A stretch of DNA of 64,000 bases from an uncultured Actinomycetota bacterium. Lineage in GTDB: Bacteria; Actinomycetota; Actinomycetes; Mycobacteriales; Mycobacteriaceae. Location: the NCBI GenBank assembly GCA_963792745.1, contig CAWBXH010000005.1, positions 721,868 through 785,867 on the forward strand. Direction: 5' to 3'. The position numbers were made by a program, and so were the translations under genes. How positions within the stretch are numbered: position 1 is the stretch's first letter; every line of letters starts with the position of its first letter. The notes beneath the pieces were generated by a model. It ran no database searches and was not told the DNA's origin. It worked only from the letters and a program-made list of their open reading frames with translations. Below are positions 55,233 through 64,000 of this stretch, one piece after another.

Positions 55233-56558
55233 ATGGCGGCGGTGAACAGGGTCTACGCGGCCCGCCTCGCGGGGATGGTGGTGCTCGGCCCCGACGGCGA
55301 GTCCATCGGCCGTGTCCGGGACGTGGTGATCAGCATCAGCATCGTCCGCCAACAGCCACGGGTGCTCGGCCTCGTCGTCGAACTGCTGACCCGTCGACGC
55401 ATCTTCGTGCCGATCGGGCGGGTCACCGCGATCGAACCCGGCGCCGTCACATTGACCACCGGCAATGTATCGCTCCGGAGGTTCTCGCAGCGCCCCGGTG
55501 AGGTACTGGTGTTGGGTCAGGTGATCGAGACCCGGGTGCGTGTCGACGACCCCGAGCTGCCCGAGCTCGCCGAGGTCGACGTGGTCGTGGTCGACCTGGG
55601 TATCGAGCAGACACGGGTAAGGGATTGGGTGGTGACCAGGGTCGCGGTGCGGCCGCTGGCGCGCAGGCTCGGCCGTCGCAGAAACGTCGACATCGTCGAC
55701 TGGCAACACGTGCAGGGCCTGACGCCATCGGGCCTTGCGATGCCTGGTCAGGGGGTAGCCCAGCTGCTCGAACAGTTTCAGGGCCAACGACCGATCGAAG
55801 TGGCCGAAGCGATACGCGAGCTTCCTTTGAAGCGTCGCTTCGAGGTCGTCGGCGCACTCGACGACGAGCGCCTCGCCGACGTCCTGCAGGAGCTGCCGGA
55901 AGACGAGCAGGCCGACGTGTTGCGCCAGCTCGAGACCGAGCGCGCCGCCGACGTGCTCGAGGCGATGGATCCCGACGACGCCGCCGACCTGCTCGGCACG
56001 ATGACACCTGCCGACGCCGAGTTGCTGCTGCGTCGGATGGACCCCGAGGACTCGGAGCCGGTGCGGCGGCTGCTGAGCCACTCCCCAGACACCGCGGGCG
56101 GCTTGATGACCTCCGATCCGGTGGCGATCGCCCCCGACACCACCGTCGCCGAGGCGCTGGCCCGGGTTCGTGACCCGGATCTGACGCCCGCGCTGGCGTC
56201 GCTGGTCTTCGTAGTGCGTGCGCCGACGGCCACCCCGACCGGTCGCTACCTGGGCTGTGTGCATCTGCAGCGGTTGCTGCGTGAGCCGCCGGCGGCATTG
56301 GTCAGCGGCATACTGGACAGGGATCTGCCCAGCCTGAGCCCCGAGGACTCGTTGGCTGCGGTCACCCGCTACTTCGCTGCCTACAATCTGGTCTGCGGTC
56401 CGGTGGTCGACGAGGAAAACCATCTACTGGGCGCGGTGTCCGTCGACGACGTGCTCGACCATCTGCTGCCCGACGACTGGCGGCAGCGCGAACTATCCGA
56501 ACTGTCCGGCGCTGTGCCTGATGTCGCCGGCCGAGCGGCTCCCGAAGGGGGGACATGA
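55233..56558 (+). CDS. PRC-barrel + MgtE N-terminal + CBS-domain protein (Rv1232c-like), no membrane domain
   Basis: IGRVRDVV PRC-like segment, helical MDPDDAADLL repeats, DTAGGLMT...CBS pair, LLGAVSVDDVL. Confidence 0.85.
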   Translation: MAAVNRVYAARLAGMVVLGPDGESIGRVRDVVISISIVRQQPRVLGLVVELLTRRRIFVPIGRVTAIEPGAVTLTTGNVSLRRFSQRPGEVLVLGQVIETRVRVDDPELPELAEVDVVVVDLGIEQTRVRDWVVTRVAVRPLARRLGRRRNVDIVDWQHVQGLTPSGLAMPGQGVAQLLEQFQGQRPIEVAEAIRELPLKRRFEVVGALDDERLADVLQELPEDEQADVLRQLETERAADVLEAMDPDDAADLLGTMTPADAELLLRRMDPEDSEPVRRLLSHSPDTAGGLMTSDPVAIAPDTTVAEALARVRDPDLTPALASLVFVVRAPTATPTGRYLGCVHLQRLLREPPAALVSGILDRDLPSLSPEDSLAAVTRYFAAYNLVCGPVVDEENHLLGAVSVDDVLDHLLPDDWRQRELSELSGAVPDVAGRAAPEGGT

Positions 56559-57106
56559 GCGACTTGTCGGCACGGCAACGGCTGGACACTCCTCGCACGT
56601 CGCGCCGCCGGTTCGCTTTCAACCTCGACCCCGAGGCCGTCGGGCAGTTCAGTGAGTCGATCGCACGATTCCTGGGCACCGGGCGATACCTGGCCTGGCA
56701 GACCATCCTCGTCATCGTCTGGATCCTGCTGAACCTGTTCGCCGTCACACTGCGCTGGGACCCCTACCCGTTCATCCTGCTCAACCTGGCGTTCTCCACG
56801 CAGGCGGCGTACGCCGCGCCCTTGATCCTGCTCGCCCAGAACCGCCAGGAGAACCGCGACCGGGTGTCGTTGGAGGAGGACCGTCGGCGCGCCGAACAGA
56901 CCAAGGCCGACACCGAGTACCTGGCGCGCGAACTGGCCGCGCTGCGGCTGGCCGTCGGCGAGGTTGCCACCCGTGACTACCTGCGTCGCGAACTCGACGA
57001 GCTACGCGACCTGCTCGTCGATTTGCAGCCTTCAGAACCCGCCGACAGCAGGGACGGGGCGAGCAAACCGCATGCGGGCGAGCGCCGCAGCAAAAAGCTC
57101 GGTTAG
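56555..57106 (+). CDS. DUF1003 membrane protein (Rv1231c-like)
   Basis: WDPYPFILLNLAFSTQAAYAAPLILLAQNRQ. ATGA overlap with the upstream gene. Confidence 0.88.
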   Translation: MSDLSARQRLDTPRTSRRRFAFNLDPEAVGQFSESIARFLGTGRYLAWQTILVIVWILLNLFAVTLRWDPYPFILLNLAFSTQAAYAAPLILLAQNRQENRDRVSLEEDRRRAEQTKADTEYLARELAALRLAVGEVATRDYLRRELDELRDLLVDLQPSEPADSRDGASKPHAGERRSKKLG

Positions 57107-57193
57107 ACCAGGTCAGGCATTGCTGTAACACGCGTCTTGACGAGTGGGTATGGTGACTTGGTCCACACGCCACCGAAGACTTAGGACGGTTGA

Positions 57194-58522
57194 GTGCACA
57201 TTGGGGGAGGAGCCGCACTCGAGGCAGTGCGACGACACGCGACGCGCGTAGTACGTACGCCCGCGTTCGGCATTGTCGCGATCACCCCCCTCGTCCTCGC
57301 CGGAGCCGTCGGCGCCACAGCGCCGTCGCCGACACCCATCCGGGATCCCGCGGTGACACCATTGGCCGCCGTCGCTCCCTCGCCCGCCGACCCTTCCGGC
57401 GCCTCGGTGGTCGCGGTCACCAAGGCACCGTCGGCGTTCCACATCGCTTCGACCGCCAACATCTCCGGGCCGCCGCCCGCTGTGGTGGTCAGTTCGCCTG
57501 GCACACTTCGCATTCCGATGATGGCGTTGAACGCCTACCAGAACGCCGAACGCATGATGGCGTCCGCGTTCCCGGGCTGCGGTATCAGCTGGAACCTGCT
57601 CGCCGGCATTGGACGTATCGAGTCCATGCACGCCAACGGCGGAGCCACCGACGCCGCCGGCTCCGCGGTGCGACCCATCTACGGGCCCGCCCTCGACGGC
57701 ACACTGCCGGGCAACGAAGTCATCGAGCTGAGCCGGGCCCCGGGCCGTGTCACCTACGCCCGCGCGATGGGTCCGATGCAGTTCCTGCCGGGCACATGGT
57801 CGCGGTACGCCTCCGACGGCAACGGCGACGGCAAGGCCGACGTGCAGAACGTGTACGACGCGTCACTGGCCACGGCGCGCTACTTGTGCAGCGGCGGGCT
57901 CAACCTGCGTGACCAGTCGCAGGTGATCACCGCGATCCTGCGCTACAACAACTCGATGGCCTACGCCCAGAACGTGCTGGGCTGGGCGGCCGCCTATGCG
58001 ACCGGCGTGGTTCCGGTCGACCTGCCGCCGATCACCGGGCCGATACCGCCGATCGCCGATATGCACCTGGACAACTACCAGGGCCTCGGGCCTGGCCTGC
58101 CGATGAACGCCCTCGGACTGCCCGCCGACGACCCGCTGGCCGTGATGCCCCTGGTCGACGCGACCCGCACGGACGTCGCGAGCCAGATGTTCGGTCCGCT
58201 GCCGGGGCCTGCGGACTCATCGGCGCAGGCGATGATGCAGCCAGGTCCGGCCGCGAGCATGCCGGCGTGGATGCCGCAGCCTCTGCAGCAGAACTGCGCG
58301 GTGTTCTGCCTCGGCACGAACCCGCCCGCGGCGGTTCAGCCGCAGCTGCCGCCCGAGGCGTTTCCGCCGGGTGTGGTCGGGCCGCCGGCGGCACCCGCCG
58401 AAATCCCTGGGCCGCCGATGGCCGAACTGGCGCCGCCGCCGAGCGATGTGCCGCAGGGACCGGCGCCCGGGCCGGTCGAACCGCAGGGCATCGTCGGACC
58501 CGCGCCAGGCCCGCCTGCCTGA
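57194..58522 (+). CDS. Lytic transglycosylase / SLT-domain protein (Rv1230c-like)
   Basis: LLAGIGRIES catalytic Glu, AMGPMQFLPGTW, DGNGDG, RYNNS. Pro-rich tail. Confidence 0.85.
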   Translation: MHIGGGAALEAVRRHATRVVRTPAFGIVAITPLVLAGAVGATAPSPTPIRDPAVTPLAAVAPSPADPSGASVVAVTKAPSAFHIASTANISGPPPAVVVSSPGTLRIPMMALNAYQNAERMMASAFPGCGISWNLLAGIGRIESMHANGGATDAAGSAVRPIYGPALDGTLPGNEVIELSRAPGRVTYARAMGPMQFLPGTWSRYASDGNGDGKADVQNVYDASLATARYLCSGGLNLRDQSQVITAILRYNNSMAYAQNVLGWAAAYATGVVPVDLPPITGPIPPIADMHLDNYQGLGPGLPMNALGLPADDPLAVMPLVDATRTDVASQMFGPLPGPADSSAQAMMQPGPAASMPAWMPQPLQQNCAVFCLGTNPPAAVQPQLPPEAFPPGVVGPPAAPAEIPGPPMAELAPPPSDVPQGPAPGPVEPQGIVGPAPGPPA

Positions 58523-58589
58523 CCGGATACCGCGCCGCGCGGCCCCGCACGCGAATCGGCCACGCCCGCTCCGCCTAGACTCGGCGGTG

Positions 58590-59732
58590 ATGTCAGAAAC
58601 TCGCACTGAGCTGGAGGCCGCGGTCCACGCCGGCCTGGCCAAGGTCATCGACCCCGAATTGCGCAGGCCGATCACCGAGCTCGGCATGGTCAAGAGCGTC
58701 ACCGTCGACGCCGACCACGGCGTGCACGTCGAGGTGTACCTGACCACCTCCGCCTGCCCGAAGAAGACCGAGATCTCCGAGCGGGTCGCCGCCGCGGTCG
58801 CCGACGTGCCCGGCACCGGCGCGGTGAAGGTCAGTCTCGACGTGATGAGCGACGAGCAGCGCACCGAACTGCGCAAGCAGCTGCGCGGCGATGCCCGCGA
58901 ACCCGTCATTCCGTTCGCCCAACCCGGCTCGCTGACCCGTGTGTATGCGGTGGCGTCCGGCAAAGGCGGCGTCGGCAAGTCCAGCGTGACGGTCAACCTC
59001 GCCGCCGCCATGGCGACCCGCGGGCTGTCGGTGGGTGTGCTCGACGCCGACATCTACGGCCATTCGATCCCGCGGATGATGGGCACCACCGAACGGCCGA
59101 CCCAGGTCGAGGCGATGATCTTGCCGCCGATCGCCCACGACGTGCGCGTCATCTCGATCGCCCAGTTCACCCAGGGCAATACGCCGGTGGTGTGGCGCGG
59201 GCCGATGCTGCACCGGGCACTTCAACAGTTCCTCGCCGACGTCTACTGGGGCGACCTCGACGTGCTGCTGCTCGACCTGCCGCCGGGCACCGGCGACGTC
59301 GCAATCTCTGTGGCGCAACTGATTCCGGGTGCAGAGATCTTGGTCGTGACGACGCCGCAGTTGGCCGCCGCCGAGGTGGCCGAGCGCGCAGGCGCGATCG
59401 CACTGCAGACCCGCCAGCGCATCGTCGGCGTCGTCGAGAACATGTCGGGACTGGTCTTGCCCGACGGCACCACGATGCAGATCTTCGGCGAGGGCGGCGG
59501 CCGACAGGTCGCCGAGCGGCTGACGACGGCGGTCGGCGCGGACGTGCCACTGCTCGGTCAGGTGCCGCTGGATCCCGCGCTGGTGGCTGCAGGCGACTCC
59601 GGTGTGCCGTTGGTGCTCAGCGCGCCAGACTCGGCCGCGGGCAAGGTATTACGCGATGTTGCGGACGCGCTGTCGGCCCGCAAGCGTGGGCTGGCGGGAA
59701 TGTCGTTGGGTCTGGATCCGGCGGGCCGCTGA
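58590..59732 (+). CDS. mrp: Mrp/NBP35 Fe-S cluster carrier ATPase
   Basis: VIDPELRRPITELGMV, SGKGGVGKS, DADIYG, WRGPM, DLPPGTGD. Confidence 0.93.
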   Translation: MSETRTELEAAVHAGLAKVIDPELRRPITELGMVKSVTVDADHGVHVEVYLTTSACPKKTEISERVAAAVADVPGTGAVKVSLDVMSDEQRTELRKQLRGDAREPVIPFAQPGSLTRVYAVASGKGGVGKSSVTVNLAAAMATRGLSVGVLDADIYGHSIPRMMGTTERPTQVEAMILPPIAHDVRVISIAQFTQGNTPVVWRGPMLHRALQQFLADVYWGDLDVLLLDLPPGTGDVAISVAQLIPGAEILVVTTPQLAAAEVAERAGAIALQTRQRIVGVVENMSGLVLPDGTTMQIFGEGGGRQVAERLTTAVGADVPLLGQVPLDPALVAAGDSGVPLVLSAPDSAAGKVLRDVADALSARKRGLAGMSLGLDPAGR

Positions 59733-59756
59733 GGCCACCGAACGAAGGAGCGTGCG

Positions 59757-60614
59757 GTGGATTCCGACCAAGTCGTCCGCATCACGCTGACCATCGTCAC
59801 GCCCATCCTGACCGCCGGGATCGGCATCGTCGCCCTGGTGATCGGGGACTGGCGCGAACGCAGAACCCGACACGGCCGCCGCAAGCTGGCCGTCGAGGAC
59901 GCCGGCAGGCAGGTCACGTTCGCCGAGGACTGGTTCACTGCCAGCAAGCTGATCGCCGACTCACCCGACGCGCAGGAGCGGGCCGCCGAACGGGCACAGG
60001 CCTGGCTCGACGAAGCCGCCGACCTCCTCGCCGAATCCAAGCCACCACCGGCCTCCGAAGAGACGAGATCGGTCACCCTCCGGCGGCTGCTGCTTGCCTA
60101 CCCGATGCACCGCCGGGCCGCGAGGGTCCTGCGGGGCTTCTACTACTTCTTCCTCGGTGTGGTGGTTCTGCAGGTCAGCGGGGCGCTCGGGTCGGCGTTC
60201 GGCAGGTCGGACACGCTCGGTATCCCCAACTACTTCTCGGGCGGGCGGATCTACACCGACCTCATCGGCATCGTCCTGTACACGCTCATCGCGATGGGCT
60301 TTCGCTTCTGGTCGCTGCGTGCCGAGGAATCTCAGGCCACGGCTGCGCCCGGCGGCCGGATGACGCTTCGGCGCGCGTTGTTGTTGTACCGATTCAAGGG
60401 GCCGAGGGCCCTGTTCGCCCGTTTCGTCTTCCACTGCTGGGTGCTGCTGATGGTGCTGATCGTCATCGCGACGGTGCTGAGCAGCGTCGACGACCCGAGG
60501 TCGTTGCCGTCCAACCTCGTTGGGTTCGTCGCATGGGTCGGCTGGGCGATCGGGCTCCGCTATTGGGCCGCATCACTCAACGACCGCGCGGTTGCCGGGC
60601 GCGTCGCGGCCTAA
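59757..60614 (+). CDS. Uncharacterised 5-TM membrane protein with an internal duplication
   Basis: 285 aa, SD AAGGAG. N-terminal TM, helical soluble segment, then two TLRRxLLxY...2TM...G(F/L)R(F/Y)W modules. Confidence 0.75.
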   Translation: MDSDQVVRITLTIVTPILTAGIGIVALVIGDWRERRTRHGRRKLAVEDAGRQVTFAEDWFTASKLIADSPDAQERAAERAQAWLDEAADLLAESKPPPASEETRSVTLRRLLLAYPMHRRAARVLRGFYYFFLGVVVLQVSGALGSAFGRSDTLGIPNYFSGGRIYTDLIGIVLYTLIAMGFRFWSLRAEESQATAAPGGRMTLRRALLLYRFKGPRALFARFVFHCWVLLMVLIVIATVLSSVDDPRSLPSNLVGFVAWVGWAIGLRYWAASLNDRAVAGRVAA

Positions 60615-61014
60615 GTGGCGTCGCTGTCGAACGGCGTCACAGCCGGGCGCGCCGGCGACGCTGTGGGTGTCGGGGGTGTCGGCTCGGCGGGCGGAGGCTG
60701 GGCCGGCGCGCTCTGGGGCTCGTCGAACTTGCCGGTGAAGATCGAGTCGTCGCCGTCGAGAAGGTGTTTGGTCAACGCCGCGCGGGGCGTCATCCCCCGC
60801 AGCTTGTTCAACTGACTCAGCGGCTCGCGCAGGTCCTCGAATTCCGGCCCGATGTCCTCGCGCAGTTGGTTGGTGGCCCCGCTGATGTACTCCCGCGCCT
60901 GGCGCAGCGCGTTGGACGTCCAGCGGATGGCACCGGGCAGCCGCTCCGGTCCGAGGATCACCAGCCCGGCGACCACCAGCACCAGCATCTCGCCCCAGCC
61001 GACGTTGGCGAACA

Positions 61015-61015
<1 letters not shown>
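60611..61015 (-). CDS. tatB: Sec-independent translocase subunit TatB
   Basis: [13 protein letters not shown]...ILGPERLP. Confidence 0.95.
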
Positions 61016-62553
<1,538 letters not shown>

Positions 62554-62595
62554 CGCCATCGGCGGGCGCGCGTCGCTGCGTGATTTGCATCCAGA

Positions 62596-62994
62596 CTACC
62601 GGCGCTTGCGCCGCCCACGGATCGTGTCGTCAGCAAACTGGGCCTGGTCGTGGTCGTCGGGTTGAGCCTGCGGGGTGTCCTGCGGAATCTGGGAAAGCAG
62701 GCCGAGAAGTGACGTGGGAATGGCAATCGGGCAGGAATCGCGCAACGCGGCGCGGGCCTGCTTCTGGGCATCCACTTCGGCGCCGCACTGCGGGCACAGT
62801 GAAAGGTGATGGGCGGCGCGCAAGTGCGCGGTCATCCGCAGTTCCCCATCGACGAAGGCGGCGACCGCCTCGGTCGACAGGTGCTCGGTGGAGCCGAACT
62901 GCCGCGGCCCTACCGGTGCATCACTCTGCGAAGCGAACTGGGTGGGCAGCCAGGAGAACGCGCGGCGAAACACATGCCCCGGGTCGACCATCAC
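62596..62994 (-). CDS. rseA: Anti-sigma-E factor
   Basis: HLSTEAVAAFVDGEL and the HLSLCPQC (HxxxCxxC) ZAS motif. Confidence 0.93.
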   Translation of the reverse strand: MMVDPGHVFRRAFSWLPTQFASQSDAPVGPRQFGSTEHLSTEAVAAFVDGELRMTAHLRAAHHLSLCPQCGAEVDAQKQARAALRDSCPIAIPTSLLGLLSQIPQDTPQAQPDDHDQAQFADDTIRGRRKRR

Positions 62995-63080
62995 CCCGCT
63001 CCTCTCGGCCTACCACCATCGCGATAGACGGTACCTACTTGAATGTAGCGCGGGACACACCGCCCGACACCCGTGAACGG

Positions 63081-63857
63081 TCAGGCGGACCTGGCCGTGT
63101 CGGCCGAATGACGGGCCAGGTAATCCCGCAACGCCTGCCGACCGCGGTGGATACGGCTGCGCACGGTGCCCAGTTTCACACCGAGAGTGGCGCCGATTTC
63201 CTCGTAGGACAAACCCTCGATGTCACAGAGCACCACCGCGGCGCGGAACTCCGGCGGCAGAGAGTCGAGCGCGGCCTGCAGGTCAGGACCCAGCCGCGAG
63301 TCGTGGTAGATCTGCTCCGGGTTCGGCTCGTCGGCGGGCACTCGGTCGTAGTCCTCGGGCAGCGCCTCCATCCGGATGCGGCCGCGCCTGCGGACCATGT
63401 CCAGGAACAGGTTCGTGGTGATCCGGTGCAACCAGCCCTCGAACGTGCCCGGCTGATAGTTCTGTACGGACCGGAAAACGCGGATGAATGTCTCCTGGGT
63501 CAGGTCTTCCGCGTCGTGCTGGTTGCCGGACAGCCGGTAGGCCAGGCGGTAAACCCGGTCGGCATGCTGGCGCACCAACTCATCCCACGACGGCATGGTG
63601 GCCTGGTCACCGGTGGCGTCGAACACCGCGGTGCCCTGTGGCTCATCGGACGTCTCTATCCATTCCCCTTCGGTGAACCGCTCGAGATGGGGCATCGAAA
63701 CGGGCGCCAGATGAGGGGCGGTAGTCGTTGTGGTCGTCGGATCCTCCAGATCAGAGTGCCTATCGCACAGTTCGTCGCGTGTCGGTATCACGACATCCGC
63801 GGCAACACGACGGTCGACGTGGTTATTCCCAGAGCGCCAGCGTCCGCCGTGTTCCAT
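63081..63857 (-). CDS. sigE: ECF sigma factor SigE (longest isoform, 258 aa)
   Basis: [51 protein letters not shown]. Confidence 0.96.
   Translation of the reverse strand: MEHGGRWRSGNNHVDRRVAADVVIPTRDELCDRHSDLEDPTTTTTTAPHLAPVSMPHLERFTEGEWIETSDEPQGTAVFDATGDQATMPSWDELVRQHADRVYRLAYRLSGNQHDAEDLTQETFIRVFRSVQNYQPGTFEGWLHRITTNLFLDMVRRRGRIRMEALPEDYDRVPADEPNPEQIYHDSRLGPDLQAALDSLPPEFRAAVVLCDIEGLSYEEIGATLGVKLGTVRSRIHRGRQALRDYLARHSADTARSA
63804..63829 (-). promoter_or_regulatory. Internal SigH/SigE-type promoter within the sigE 5' coding region
   Basis: Minus strand GGAAT-N18-GTT. From memory, this is the position of the SigH-dependent internal promoter in M. tuberculosis sigE. Confidence 0.6.
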
Positions 63858-63901
63858 GCGGATACCGTCCCCGACCGTGGTGTGGCTGGCATATGAGCTA
63901 A

Positions 63902-63918
63902 CTGAACTTTCCCTGAGA
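63902..63918 (-). promoter_or_regulatory. Putative MprA box upstream of sigE
   Basis: Minus strand TCTCAG-N5-GTTCAG, a hexamer tandem similar to the MprA consensus. Confidence 0.5.
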
Positions 63919-64000
63919 AAGCGGATTACCCCACCGTCAACCAGGGCAAACCAGCCGATTTCCACGCGATTTGGCCGCTCCGGCGCGGGCGTGTCGAGGT

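Noticed and set aside
57120-57170. MtrA-like half site (GTTACA) and TTGACG upstream of the lytic transglycosylase
   Set aside because: Only a single short half site, and the spacing to TATGGT is wrong for a -35/-10 pair. Compatible with chance.

Overview
High-GC mycobacterial (probably Mycolicibacterium-type) chromosomal segment, collinear in reverse order with the M. tuberculosis Rv1221-Rv1254 region: sigE-rseA-htrA-tatB, mrp, lpqY-sugABC, corA, mdh, lpqZ, kgd, Rv1250/Rv1251c-like genes, lprE, deaD and an acyltransferase. Orthology is recalled from protein motifs and gene order, not from searches. Three accessory items interrupt this backbone. (1) An IS30-family element (~2567-3849) splits a ~59-bp palindromic unit whose intact sibling lies at 47189-47247. 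Its ends are asymmetric and would form a TTGACA-N17/18-TACGGT promoter only when joined in a circle. (2) A ~19.5-kb acyl-trehalose glycolipid cluster (pks, papA3, mmpL10, fadD23, pE, gap/sap-like; trehalose-polyphleate type) lies between the malic enzyme/MFS genes and mdh, about 3 kb from the trehalose-recycling ABC operon. (3) An uncharacterised, internally duplicated membrane protein lies between mrp and tatB. Single-base frameshifts break the arylsulfatase, acyltransferase, pE, gap-like and malic enzyme genes; uncorrected sequencing error is at least as likely as real decay. No rRNA, tRNA or CRISPR array was seen.
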